Assembly: GCA_964347045.1 (NCBI GenBank)
Contig: CAYFXC010000001.1
Coordinates: 121,243 to 185,242, forward strand
Source: an uncultured archaeon
GTDB taxonomy: Archaea > Asgardarchaeota > Hermodarchaeia > Hermodarchaeales > Hermodarchaeaceae
DNA length: 64,000 nucleotides
Direction of reading: 5' to 3'
Notes under the pieces: generated by a model
What the model saw: the letters and a program-made list of their open reading frames with translations, nothing else
Database searches by the model: none
Told to the model about the DNA's origin: nothing
Part shown: piece after piece, positions 18,934 to 28,725 of the stretch
How positions within the stretch are numbered: the stretch's first letter is position 1
Layout of the letters: every line of letters begins with the position of its first letter
Position numbers and translations under genes: made by a program

Positions 18934-19938
18934 ATGGCTGTAAAAGTTGCCATCAATGGTCTTGGCCGAATCGGTCGAAACTTCCTTCGTGGAGTCATCC
19001 ACGCCAAAGACGTTGAACTCGTTGCTGCCAACGATTTAGGCGATTCTCAAATTTTGTCCCATCTCTTGCGTTATGACTCAATATATGGACGATACAACGG
19101 TTCAATCGAAACTGCCAAAGAAGAACTAATCGTCGATAATCACTCGATTAAACTATTCCAAGAACGAGATCCTTCGAAGCTCCCATGGAAACAATTGGGT
19201 ATTGATATCGCTATCGAAGCCACTGGTGTTTTTCGGGATCGCGACAAAGCCGCTTTACACCTTCAAGCGGGTGCACAAAAAGTCATCATCTCAGCACCTG
19301 GAAAAGGCGAGGATGCTATGTTTGTCCTAGGGGTCAATGACAATACCTATGATCCAACCAAACACCATATCATCTCAAATGCGTCCTGTACAACAAACTG
19401 TTTCGCTCCAATTATCAAAGTTCTACTCGAAAATTTTGGGATTAAGCATGGCTTCATGTCAACCATCCACGGTTACACATTAGGCCAAAATCTTCTTGAT
19501 GCTATCCACAAGGATTATAGACGCGCTCGTGCCGCCGCCCTAAACATCATTCCCACTACTACTGGAGCAGCGAATGCGATAATTCGTCTCTTTCCACAAC
19601 TCAAAGGCAAAATGGCTGCCATGTCCTATCGTATACCAGTTCCCGACGGCTCAATAATTGATCTTAGCGTTGAACTTGAAAAATCAACTACAAAAGATGA
19701 AATAAACCAGATTTTCCGTAAAGCTGCCAATACCCACCTTAAAGGAATTCTACAATATAATGAAGACCCAATCGTATCAACCGACATCATTGGAAATACT
19801 CATTCTTCAATTTTTGATAGTGATCTTACGGCGATTCTTGACAACAACTTCGCCCATGTTGTTTCTTGGTATGATAACGAAGCGGGATTCAGTACACGAT
19901 TAATTGAGCTAACTCAACTGGTAGCCTCTAAATTATAA
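18934..19938 (+). CDS. gap: Glyceraldehyde-3-phosphate dehydrogenase, type I (bacterial/eukaryotic type)
   Basis: 'VKVAINGLGRIGRN' and 'ISNASCTTNCFAP' (catalytic Cys) are GapA-type signatures, not the archaeal type II. Confidence 0.9.
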   Translation: MAVKVAINGLGRIGRNFLRGVIHAKDVELVAANDLGDSQILSHLLRYDSIYGRYNGSIETAKEELIVDNHSIKLFQERDPSKLPWKQLGIDIAIEATGVFRDRDKAALHLQAGAQKVIISAPGKGEDAMFVLGVNDNTYDPTKHHIISNASCTTNCFAPIIKVLLENFGIKHGFMSTIHGYTLGQNLLDAIHKDYRRARAAALNIIPTTTGAANAIIRLFPQLKGKMAAMSYRIPVPDGSIIDLSVELEKSTTKDEINQIFRKAANTHLKGILQYNEDPIVSTDIIGNTHSSIFDSDLTAILDNNFAHVVSWYDNEAGFSTRLIELTQLVASKL

Positions 19939-19999
19939 GAAAGAAAAAGAACCATGGGGTCTACGTAATGTAGTCCCCATGATGCTACTAGGAGCTTCG

Positions 20000-20377
20000 T
20001 TACTCTGTATTGGGTTCAGAGAGAAGCTGGATAAGGAGTTGCCCGCCAAATGAAAGACAGACTGTGTTTCTTCCATTTTTTGTTGAGCTTTTCTTTAGCA
20101 GACCGGCTTTTTTGAGAACATTCAAGTTAAATTTGGTTGTACTGAGCGGCAGCTGCCATTTGCGTGCTAAATAGTCTGCAAGAGCGGTCGGAGAGAGGTT
20201 CGGATGATAACGAAGCGCTTGCTGTGTCGCAAATAACAGGAATCGTTGCTTATCAGTTAGCCGTGTCTTGGCAAGCTGAGCGAAAGTCGAAGCTAGATGC
20301 TGTAAAAAATGCTCTTGAAGCTGCGTTAAACTCAAATCATCAAAGAAGCTGTCTTTCATGGAGGATTTCGCAGCCAA
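20000..20377 (-). CDS. Small HTH DNA-binding protein, family uncertain
   Basis: Predicted helix-turn-helix 'LSTTKFNLNVLKKAGLL'; 125 aa. Confidence 0.35.
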   Translation of the reverse strand: MAAKSSMKDSFFDDLSLTQLQEHFLQHLASTFAQLAKTRLTDKQRFLLFATQQALRYHPNLSPTALADYLARKWQLPLSTTKFNLNVLKKAGLLKKSSTKNGRNTVCLSFGGQLLIQLLSEPNTE

Positions 20378-20536
20378 CCCCGTCTTGACTAGTTGTCATG
20401 CATAACACCTCCAAACTCATAAGGATTCGAGTGAAATCCAAGAGGGATTTACTGCGTATAAAGTTTTGGTCAAGAAAAATTGTTGGATTTACTTGCGTTT
20501 GACTTACTGAACCTCATTTAGTTTGAAATTAAATGG

Positions 20537-22051
20537 TTAATTCCATTCTTGTGGAACTCTATACTCAAAGCGGGGAATTCGTTCCGAGTCCGATAGCATC
20601 TTCAACATTTCTCTTCCATTCACCAAGTCGTAGGGAGTGACAATTCCACCAATTTGTAAAACACTGCCAATTCTTCGATTTGCACCTGTTAAATCTTCCA
20701 AATCACGGAACAATGCAGATTTATTACCTGCCGTTGAACCTGATGGAACACCAAGAAGTGCAAGGGTTAGAAGAACGGTTGGCCAACCTGTTAGATGTTG
20801 CATCGCTGTAAAAGCCTGAGACTCTTCAACTTCAGAATCATCGTGGAGCGCAAGGATTTCAACTTTAGCGGGCTGGTCTATTGCTGCTGATTGAACCCAA
20901 ACTCTAAGTAATGCCATATCAGGAAATCCAGCCACTTCGGGGTCATTTATTCTAGCTTTCCACTTTTGGAGTAAATTTTCAAGGGTTTCTTCCTTTTTCA
21001 ATCGACTCCAAGTTTGATAATGTGGAATAAATCGTAAGGTTTTATATTCCAAGTTTTTCACTTTAGAGCGGTAAAGGTCATCAAAGCACATTCGCGAGGT
21101 TCCATCGGCGGTTGGTCTTGCTTGAAATCCCTTTAAGTAGAAATTTCCCTTGGATTCTTCAATGAACTTTTCCTGTACACGATTCTTGAGAATACTTTGA
21201 ATCTCAACTGATTTCACAAGAAATGGCATCACACCAAATGGAATTGGAGCGAGATCAGAATCCTCCCAGAATTCTTTTTGGGAAAATGTAGTCGGTGTTA
21301 TTAGAACTCCATCTCGAATTCCATATGCAACATTTTCATATTCGTATAAAAGACCTTCAACTGAAAATGTTGGACCATAATGGAGGTTTCCGCCCTTTGT
21401 AGTATGTTGGGGTAGCCCTCCTACTCGCATTTGAAGAGAATGTATCATTTCATTTGGGGTAGCTTTAACAGCTAGCTCATACAAACTTGCGGCAATGATA
21501 TTAGCTAATCCTGGTGCAAGACCACTTTCGTGAACAATTCGCGAACCACTTTCTTGTTTTATAATTAATGATTCCATAACACGCTGTTCTTTGACTGATG
21601 AAACTCCTTGTCCAAGATCGATATAATCAATACCTAACTCGATCGCCAAAGGGACGTAGATCTTATGAGCAAAATACGTAGCTGTATTTATTATGATACG
21701 AGGCTGCAGTTTGCTTATTGGTCCTCTCATGATTGAGATAATTTTTCTTACTCGCTCTGGTTGCACTTGAACCTCTTTCATGATTTTTGTCAATTTGGAA
21801 TAATTGACTGAAGATTCAATTGTGCGGAGCCTTTGAATTTTGGCATTGGTAAAACCATTTTCAAGCTCTTGTACACACCTTTGTTCTGCAACTTTATTAG
21901 GATCATAAACCCAAAGTTCAAATTGTTCATTTTGCCGTTTTTGCTCTAGGCGAAGCATTCGACTGATTCCGCGCCCCATTTGTCCACAGCCGATTATTAG
22001 AACACGTGGTTGTGCCATTTTAGACAACTTCATTTTCTGGTTTAATTTCAT
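20537..22051 (-). CDS. Saccharopine dehydrogenase-family NAD(P)-binding oxidoreductase
   Basis: N-terminal Rossmann 'RVLIIGCGQMGRGI' followed by a Sacchrp_dh-like region; 504 aa. Confidence 0.5.
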   Translation of the reverse strand: MKLNQKMKLSKMAQPRVLIIGCGQMGRGISRMLRLEQKRQNEQFELWVYDPNKVAEQRCVQELENGFTNAKIQRLRTIESSVNYSKLTKIMKEVQVQPERVRKIISIMRGPISKLQPRIIINTATYFAHKIYVPLAIELGIDYIDLGQGVSSVKEQRVMESLIIKQESGSRIVHESGLAPGLANIIAASLYELAVKATPNEMIHSLQMRVGGLPQHTTKGGNLHYGPTFSVEGLLYEYENVAYGIRDGVLITPTTFSQKEFWEDSDLAPIPFGVMPFLVKSVEIQSILKNRVQEKFIEESKGNFYLKGFQARPTADGTSRMCFDDLYRSKVKNLEYKTLRFIPHYQTWSRLKKEETLENLLQKWKARINDPEVAGFPDMALLRVWVQSAAIDQPAKVEILALHDDSEVEESQAFTAMQHLTGWPTVLLTLALLGVPSGSTAGNKSALFRDLEDLTGANRRIGSVLQIGGIVTPYDLVNGREMLKMLSDSERIPRFEYRVPQEWN

Positions 22052-22511
22052 TTCTATAAAAAATACAAATTAGTATTACTTTGGTCAAAAAAATTGCCCA
22101 TTTTGTTCATTTTGAAGATTAACAACAGATATTCTAACTCATACGAATACAATGTTTATTGTAAAATCTGGAAAAAGGTATTATGACAATTTAGCTATTA
22201 GATACAGAACTGATAGGGACCCGAGTTTTGCCTAGGTTGGTGATTACCGTTTCTAGTTTCTTGAAAGCAATCTTCCAAGCTTTCTCAAAATAGTTTCTGG
22301 CTTCATTCCATGCTTCAGAACCCCTATCCAAATGAATAATGTCGTAAGAATAGTAATAAACAAGCCCCAGAGAAGAAACAGCAGAATCGGTAAAAACCAA
22401 GTTGCAGCTAATTTTTCGTTGAGTTCAAGCAATAGAATCAATCGAAATCCGACTAGTAAGATATTATCTAATAAAAAAGGAATGAAAAAAGATTCCTAAA
22501 AAGAGTGAATT

Positions 22512-23075
22512 TTAGGATTCTTCTTTCTTATCTTTTAGCATCACCCAGCCTAAGTATACTAGTCCGCCAATGCAAACAGGTAATAAGGCCCACAGAAATG
22601 CTGCTATCCATGTGAATATCCAATCATTGAGTGGCCATGTTTGAAAGGTAAGGTTCCACCGACCAGTAAACCACACAATGACTAGCCATATCAATGAAAC
22701 GAAACCCGAAAAACCACCGCTGCCACCAGTTTCTGCACCGCGTCGCGGCCCTTCGTATTCTTTTCGTTCTTCTTCTGGAAGTTTTCTATACCATAGAAAA
22801 ATTGTTATCACGGCTATCGGAATTGCCCAACTTGCCACAAAGGCAAGTTCCCATATTATCACAGTTATACAAAATATGAATACAATACCAACGGTCCATA
22901 ATCCAAGTGTCACCGGCACAAAACCTAGTATTTGTGCATCTACTGCTACCTTGAGAAATACCAAAAATGCCACAATTATGGCTACCACGAGATAAACAGC
23001 CATCACTATCGTCATTTTCCAATGTCTTTGTAGAAACTTTTTCATTCGCGCTTCGCTTTGTTCATCAGTTTCCAT
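22512..23075 (-). CDS. Integral membrane protein (hypothetical)
   Basis: Four to five predicted TM helices; central 'GGSGGFSGF' loop. Confidence 0.5.
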   Translation of the reverse strand: METDEQSEARMKKFLQRHWKMTIVMAVYLVVAIIVAFLVFLKVAVDAQILGFVPVTLGLWTVGIVFIFCITVIIWELAFVASWAIPIAVITIFLWYRKLPEEERKEYEGPRRGAETGGSGGFSGFVSLIWLVIVWFTGRWNLTFQTWPLNDWIFTWIAAFLWALLPVCIGGLVYLGWVMLKDKKEES

Positions 23076-23253
23076 AACTTCAGGCTCCTAAAATTGATTA
23101 GGTCTGATTACATTCATTGTCTCTTTACTTAAAATTAATCATATTTATAAGAAAAACACTTCATCAGGATTTCTTTTTACTCAACTCCGCTTCAGTAGTA
23201 GCTGATAATCCTTTTATTCGAATTTCTTTGAAAACTCTATAGGTGAATTGCTC

Positions 23254-23427
23254 TTGAAAGATTTCGACTTTGAATATGTTTGTGTACAAGTAAACCATCA
23301 TAGGAACATTGCTAAGACAATATCCGAATATCAGAAAGAAGGATGGAGGCTTCATACCTATCAAGCAACAGGCGATCCAAACTGGGTCAACCATTACCTA
23401 CTTTTCCAACGAGAAATATCTTGGTAA
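23254..23427 (+). CDS. Small DUF4177-like protein (TTG start; missed by the ORF track)
   Basis: Translation '(M)KDFDFEYVCVQVNHHRNIAKTISEYQKEGWRLHTYQATGDPNWVNHYLLFQREISW' matches the E-Y ... EGW-L ... F-R pattern of DUF4177 small proteins. It overlaps the listed 77-aa ORF 23309..23542 in another frame. Confidence 0.4.
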   Translation: MKDFDFEYVCVQVNHHRNIAKTISEYQKEGWRLHTYQATGDPNWVNHYLLFQREISW

Positions 23428-23541
23428 GGTAAAAAAGGGTGAATTGCTTTCCTACACTTCACCTTCGGTATTGTCACAAAACGTTATTATAACGGATGGA
23501 AGCGTTATGGAATTTGATATCATCACTGGGGACGACGATTA

Positions 23542-24726
23542 ATGGTATATCTTGTTGGTGAAGCCCTCGTAGGTAAAGGAAACGAAATTGCTCATATAGA
23601 CCTCATCATAGGCGAAAAATCGGGACCAGTTGGAACGGCCTTTGCTCATGGAATGACCAATGTGTCTCATGGTCATTCGCCATTGTTAGCAGTAATTCGA
23701 CCGAATCTGCCACCTAAACCGCATACACTCATTATCCCCAAAGTTACTGTGAAAGATATGGGTGATGCAGAGAAAATCTTTGGTCCGGCACAAGCAGCAG
23801 TAGCGAAAGCCGTGGCTGACGCTTTAGAAGAGGGAATAATTCCAAAGGCAAAAGCGGATGAATGGGTAGTCATTTGTAGCGTGTTCATTCACCCCGACGC
23901 AAAAGATTACCGAAGGATTTATCATTATAATTATGCTGCGACCAAGCTGTCGATTCAGCGTGCCCTTTCCAATTATCCCCCGGTGGACAAAATCATGTAT
24001 GACAAAGATCGAGCAACCCACCCAATCATGGGTTTTCGAGTACCGCGATTATGGCGACCACCGTATTTACAAATTGCATTGGATATTCCAAGCCTTGATA
24101 AGACAAAGAAGATTATCACAGCCTTACCACGAAGCGATAACATCATTTTAGAGGCGGGGACCACCCTCATCAAACGCTACGGCACTGCAGTGCTCAGTGA
24201 CATCCGTGAAGTAGCGAAAGACAAATTCCTTGTTGCTGATCTCAAAACACTAGATGTAGGAAAGGTTGAAGTCGATTTAGCCTTTGATGAATCCGCCGAT
24301 GCAGTTGTCGTCGCAGGATTGGCTTCAGTGGATACAATTGATCAATTCATCTATGAAACCAACCGGCTTGGGATTTATTCCTTTGTTGATATGATGAACG
24401 TAGAAGACCCCATTGTAAAGCTCCAGAGTCTGAAAATGCCACCCAATGTCGTTATTATGCATCGGGGAATTGACACAGAGGGTCGTGCAGACCATAAATG
24501 GGCCGTCGTAAAGGCTATAAAAACGGCATTCAAAGGCAAACGATTACTAATATCCGTGGCTGGAGGTATACGTCCAGACAATATTGATGCCGCCCTTAAA
24601 GCTAAAGCCGATATCATCGTTGTTGGACGATATATTACGCAATCTCGAGACGTTGAAAGATCAACTCGGGAATTCCTCACACAGATGCAAGGAGATATCG
24701 ACTTGTTTAGGGTCCACACCGAGTAG
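23542..24726 (+). CDS. fae-hps: Bifunctional formaldehyde-activating enzyme / 3-hexulose-6-phosphate synthase (Fae-Hps)
   Basis: N-terminal '[24 protein letters not shown]' (Fae); C-terminal OMP-decarboxylase-like '[11 protein letters not shown] ... ISVAGGIR' (HPS). Confidence 0.85.
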   Translation: MVYLVGEALVGKGNEIAHIDLIIGEKSGPVGTAFAHGMTNVSHGHSPLLAVIRPNLPPKPHTLIIPKVTVKDMGDAEKIFGPAQAAVAKAVADALEEGIIPKAKADEWVVICSVFIHPDAKDYRRIYHYNYAATKLSIQRALSNYPPVDKIMYDKDRATHPIMGFRVPRLWRPPYLQIALDIPSLDKTKKIITALPRSDNIILEAGTTLIKRYGTAVLSDIREVAKDKFLVADLKTLDVGKVEVDLAFDESADAVVVAGLASVDTIDQFIYETNRLGIYSFVDMMNVEDPIVKLQSLKMPPNVVIMHRGIDTEGRADHKWAVVKAIKTAFKGKRLLISVAGGIRPDNIDAALKAKADIIVVGRYITQSRDVERSTREFLTQMQGDIDLFRVHTE

Positions 24727-24764
24727 ATCTTTTGAAATAAAGTGAAAAGAATTAGGCGAGTTCT

Positions 24765-26099
24765 CTATTTTTTCCAACATTTTTTTCTTATGTTATAGTA
24801 GATTTTCCATTTGGGATAGGAAAGACCATATTCATCAAAAATTGTTTCAGCGATTTCTCCGCATGATTTCCCCTTGTTCAAAAGGTTCAATATTATCGTA
24901 GAAACACCATCAGGTATTGGTTGTCTTATATTCGTAGCTCTTAACTTAATCATCTCACCAACCTTTTCTGCCTTAACCTGGCGTCCGGAGGCATGCAAGA
25001 AAAAAGGCAAAGTTATGGCCTTAAGGAGGCTTTCTGCATTAACAATAACTACTTCGATTTCGTTTCCGCGCGATATTATTCCGAATTTTTTCAATAGCTT
25101 CATAACAAGATGTTTATTTGGTCCGCAGGCATTGCCTAGAACTTGTGATTGGGTACTCGCATAACCATCACCATCATTAATACTCTGTAGAAACATTAAA
25201 CGGACTTCATAGGGAGCATCGATTAGCCAGTCAGCTCTAATAGGGTCGTAAGTAGTCAGTTTCTTTGGTCCCATGCTAAGGCAGCTTCGCATTATCCAAG
25301 TAATCAATGGAGAGACCCCAGAAACACACAAATATTCTAATTCAGATTCAGAATAGCTGAAAGAGATTCCAAGTTGAGAAAGATAGAAGCAAGTAGCTTC
25401 GATTACCTGTTTACTCCATTTATACGATTTCGAAAGGCGGAGAGTTATTCCTGTTGATGCATGGCTATTATTCGGTTTACTTGCGTCACTTACCATCATT
25501 CCTAAAACATAAGCAAAGGCTTGTTCTTTACTTGTGACGCCAAATTGTTCACAAAAATAGTGTCTTTCTTCTGTGATTATTGGTGTCAGCAGATCAAGAA
25601 CTTTACAAATTTGGTTCCAATTAGTAATTTTTACAGGAACCTGTATGAAATTAGTAGGTTCAAAACCGTGTCCAGCTTTCAATGTTCTTGGTAACCATTT
25701 ATGTCCAGGTTCAACTTCTTCAGTGGGTATTTGCCGGGCAAGGTTGACTAAATCAGGCCTTATCTTGTTTAGTAACCATTTTCTCACAAACCCACGATCT
25801 TTCCCGATTTCTTTAGCAATATCTGCAATATTTCCTCCCTCTTTGAATAGTTCAATTGCATGAAAGTATTTTTCAACTTGAGTGAGACGATGTTGATAAC
25901 CGAATAGCCCAGTTAACTCCTGGAAATGATAATAGGATTTTAGACGACCCATAAGGTCATTAATAGAGCAAATACCATTATTTTCCCGATTTATCTCAGT
26001 AATTTTAGCAAGAGCTTCGGTCTTAGAAAAGGCATTTTCAAGGAGTTGGTATAAGCGAGGTCGACGAGCCTTCTTTATATAAGCCGTTATAAGAACCAA
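24765..26099 (-). CDS. Double-LAGLIDADG-like (homing-endonuclease-like) protein with N-terminal HTH
   Basis: Two LAGLIDADG-like blocks about 105 aa apart: 'FAYVLGMMVSDASK' and 'LMFLQSINDGDGYAS'. HTH 'NIADIAKEIGKDRGFVRKWL'. The annotated 'M' is a TTG, and the reading frame stays open a further ~94 codons upstream with no start codon. Confidence 0.5.
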   Translation of the reverse strand: MVLITAYIKKARRPRLYQLLENAFSKTEALAKITEINRENNGICSINDLMGRLKSYYHFQELTGLFGYQHRLTQVEKYFHAIELFKEGGNIADIAKEIGKDRGFVRKWLLNKIRPDLVNLARQIPTEEVEPGHKWLPRTLKAGHGFEPTNFIQVPVKITNWNQICKVLDLLTPIITEERHYFCEQFGVTSKEQAFAYVLGMMVSDASKPNNSHASTGITLRLSKSYKWSKQVIEATCFYLSQLGISFSYSESELEYLCVSGVSPLITWIMRSCLSMGPKKLTTYDPIRADWLIDAPYEVRLMFLQSINDGDGYASTQSQVLGNACGPNKHLVMKLLKKFGIISRGNEIEVVIVNAESLLKAITLPFFLHASGRQVKAEKVGEMIKLRATNIRQPIPDGVSTIILNLLNKGKSCGEIAETIFDEYGLSYPKWKIYYNIRKKCWKK

Positions 26100-26381
26100 T
26101 TGAGCCTCAAGAGACCTAGTTCTACAGGTTTTCCGGGCAAGATTAGTTAAGTACCCAAATCTCAGATGTTTTTTATTTCTTAGCTTTTTTACGAGGTCGA
26201 AATGCAGCTCAGCATTTTCAAGTAACCTATGAAACCGTCGATTACGTTTGATACCGGGGTATTCACTGTCAATAATAAGGTGAAGGTGTTCTTTTTCCTT
26301 AATACCAAATTCACCAATACGAGGATGCCAGATCTTAACATTAGCTGAAATTCTGTTTGTCCCTTCTTTGAAGTACTATCA
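26100..26381 (-). pseudogene. Start-less in-frame remnant with an HuH (IS200/IS605 TnpA-like) motif
   Basis: About 94 stop-free codons with no ATG/GTG/TTG, contiguous with the LAGLIDADG-like ORF. Contains 'EKEHLHLIIDSEYP' (cf. TnpA 'DHIHMLLEIPP') and 'HLRFGYLTNLARK' (cf. 'FWCRGYYVDTVGK'). Confidence 0.3.
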
Positions 26382-26426
26382 GTTATTCATTTTTAAACTA
26401 AAGAACTCCACGACCCAGGATTATTA

Positions 26427-26939
26427 TTAGAATTTGTATTCAACTTCTATTTCGTGGAGAGAAATCTCTGGTGGGAGCCAGCTTCTAAGATGCTGTTCGA
26501 GCATTTCCGCGAGGAGTACTCCCGGTTCAGCCAATGATTGGTGCCGAATTTCCATCTTGATGTGGAGTGTGCCATACAGAAGGTGGAGGTGGAAACTTAA
26601 GTCCGCAAACAGTATACTGCTACTAGGGTCGCCCCATATTGGGTCAGCTTCCGGGAATTCGCGGTTCGGTCGGTTACACCCAAACGTAGTGATTGCACTG
26701 CGACCCATGGCGTTTTCAGAGGCAGAAACTCTATACGGTTCATTTAGATCGTAGATGATTGGCACAAGCTTCTGTTCGCTAGCCCACAAGCGCATGATGT
26801 CGGCGACTTCTTGATAGATTCGTTCGAAGTGTGGGGGGAGCTTATCGAACTGCTTGACTTTCACCATGCCATTTCCACTCATCACATAGATGGTGGTTCT
26901 CTTTGAAAAATCTGACCATAACGAATTTAATAGACTCAA
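26427..26939 (-). CDS. Hypothetical protein (GC-richer than its surroundings), ends in a TAATAATAA triple stop
   Basis: 170-aa ORF, no motif recognised with confidence (one 'FHLHLLY' HuH-like string). Composition by eye is about 50% GC, against about 40% nearby. Confidence 0.35.
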   Translation of the reverse strand: MSLLNSLWSDFSKRTTIYVMSGNGMVKVKQFDKLPPHFERIYQEVADIMRLWASEQKLVPIIYDLNEPYRVSASENAMGRSAITTFGCNRPNREFPEADPIWGDPSSSILFADLSFHLHLLYGTLHIKMEIRHQSLAEPGVLLAEMLEQHLRSWLPPEISLHEIEVEYKF

Positions 26940-27230
26940 ATCACGATATGTTGGTGCAGCTATCGTTGTAGTCGTAGTGCTGTCGTGGTTCTGCTTGTCA
27001 AACGTCGAGAATAGGATCTTACTAACGAGAACCGCCTTGACTCGGAGAATGAGTAACTGAATTAGTGCTTATTGAAGAGTATCTATGACATGCACCGAAG
27101 GTAACGCTACCTATTGGAGTTTGCTCAGTTTCTGCGGATACTTCTGTTGAATAGAAAAATTCAAGAACCTACACAAACCTAACAAACCTAAGCAATTATT
27201 TATGAAAATTGCTGGGAGTGTATTCCTAAG

Positions 27231-27530
27231 ATGCCTTCGGGTATCAAACGACTCGTTCTCGATGTTCTCAAACCACACATGCCGAACCTTGTTGAAATAG
27301 CAACATTGGTCGGAAAAATAGATGGCGTCGTTGGTGTTAACGTCGCCCTTGTCGAAGTCGACTCTGCTACGGAGTCAATAAAAGTAACTGTTGAAGGCGA
27401 TAACCTCGAATTTGAAGAGGTTAGATGTGCCCTCGAAGCCTGTGGCGCTTCCGTTCACTCAATTGATCAAGTAGTTGCCGGACGTACAGTTGTGGAAGAG
27501 GTAAAAACCCATATGGAAAACCGCGGTTAG
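27231..27530 (+). CDS. Conserved archaeal small protein (DUF211/COG1888-like)
   Basis: 'IKRLVLDVLKPHMPNLVEIATLV...GVNVALVEVDSATESIKVTVEGDNLEFEEV...GASVHSIDQVVAGR' pattern; 99 aa. Confidence 0.5.
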   Translation: MPSGIKRLVLDVLKPHMPNLVEIATLVGKIDGVVGVNVALVEVDSATESIKVTVEGDNLEFEEVRCALEACGASVHSIDQVVAGRTVVEEVKTHMENRG

Positions 27531-28237
27531 ATTCCTAACACCCACTTAGAATTCTCAATCAATGCTTCTACATGAGGTGCTAAAAGCTCGTAAAGCGAAT
27601 TATAAAACACTCTTGGAAGAATCTGTAGAACATTAAAAATCCGATTCAATAGACCACTCATAACCGGTTCTAAAAGTTCAGGACGGCTACTAATTTGCGA
27701 GGTTAAAACTGCGTCAATAGCAGCTTCTTCGGCTAATCCATCAATTAGGCGATAGATTGGTCCTGATCTTTCAAGAAAATATGGAAGACCCCGTTCGTCA
27801 TAAAGGACAATAATATTTAGTTTTTCGACAACACGTTTTGCATACCAGTCTATGCTCGAATCCTTAGCTGAAAACGATTCATGAAAAAGAGGTTCGGCTG
27901 GTCGTCGTTTTGTGATCTTTGATGATTCGGCTGAAAAGTAACTCCGAGGAACAAGATTGGGGTATGTGTTGGGATGTCGGAATGCTATGTAAGTGACTGC
28001 AGCAAAGAGTGCTTCCGGTTCGCGACCAATTTCTTGAGTTCCAAGATGGCTCGCTAGAATGCGAAGCGATGGAAGAATTAAATCCTGACGAACCTTCTTT
28101 GAAGTAAACAAACGGTATGCTTGTTTTAGGTATACTGATGGTGTCTTCAGATCAGTTCGTACGGTTCCTTCTACTCTGATCTTTGACGCCAAATCCATTT
28201 GTCTCCGCAGGAAATTACTACCCCATGTATGAGACAT
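27527..28237 (-). CDS. Hypothetical protein with a TFIIB/cyclin-like repeat
   Basis: 'DLILPSLRILASHLGTQEIGREPEALFAAVTYIAFRH' resembles a TFIIB-core/cyclin-box repeat (...ASKLGL...RSP.SIAAAAIYIA.R). No Zn-ribbon is present. The likely start is the internal 'MDLASKI'. Confidence 0.3.
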   Translation of the reverse strand: MSHTWGSNFLRRQMDLASKIRVEGTVRTDLKTPSVYLKQAYRLFTSKKVRQDLILPSLRILASHLGTQEIGREPEALFAAVTYIAFRHPNTYPNLVPRSYFSAESSKITKRRPAEPLFHESFSAKDSSIDWYAKRVVEKLNIIVLYDERGLPYFLERSGPIYRLIDGLAEEAAIDAVLTSQISSRPELLEPVMSGLLNRIFNVLQILPRVFYNSLYELLAPHVEALIENSKWVLGI

Positions 28238-28293
28238 AGGTCCTAAATATATTTTAGGCGAGGCTCATGTTCAAGCTTGATGTTCACCTTTCT

Positions 28294-28671
28294 CTACGTA
28301 ATGTGGCCTGCTTCTTCAAGGTATTGCTTTTCTTCTGGTGTAAGGTGTGTTTGTACAAATTCTATACCTTTTTCCGTCATTGAAACTTGTGCCATCGTAT
28401 TAGTCTTTGAAAATATGGTTACAAATCCTCTTTCTTTTAATCTTTGAAGCACAGCAAAGACAATTTGGTTCAATTCCTTATCAGTGACATTTGGTTTTCC
28501 GTTAGGGCGTTGAAATTCCGGAATGTGTTTTAGAACATGACGTAGAGATGCCAGCGTACGTCGCCTTGTTTCATGGGGGTTGGAATAGAGCCAGAGAATG
28601 AGTACATAATCTATTACTTCGCCTGAATGCTGGCGATGCAATTGACGGGCAAGATAGTAAACGGCGGGCAA
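28294..28671 (-). CDS. Small winged-helix protein (hypothetical)
   Basis: 'IVFAVLQRLKERGFVTIF' wing-helix-like; 125 aa. Confidence 0.35.
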   Translation of the reverse strand: MPAVYYLARQLHRQHSGEVIDYVLILWLYSNPHETRRRTLASLRHVLKHIPEFQRPNGKPNVTDKELNQIVFAVLQRLKERGFVTIFSKTNTMAQVSMTEKGIEFVQTHLTPEEKQYLEEAGHIT

Positions 28672-28725
28672 TATCTTCGCTTTATGTTAGTTGAATAATT
28701 GTTTAAAAGTTACCAAACGTCCTGT

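Noticed and set aside
22191-22441. Two overlapping 62-69 aa minus-strand ORFs in an AT-rich spacer
   Set aside because: The region is very AT-rich and intergenic. One ORF is hydrophobic and could be a micro-membrane protein, but there is no supporting signal.
23309-23542. 77-aa ORF upstream of fae-hps
   Set aside because: It is not rejected outright (the TAATG overlap is suggestive), but it overlaps a better-supported DUF4177-like frame and has no motif, so it is kept only as an alternative in the findings.
26427-26939. Calling the 170-aa ORF an IS200 TnpA
   Set aside because: It has a single 'FHLHLLY' string, but the overall order of motifs does not match Y1 transposases, so it is left as hypothetical.
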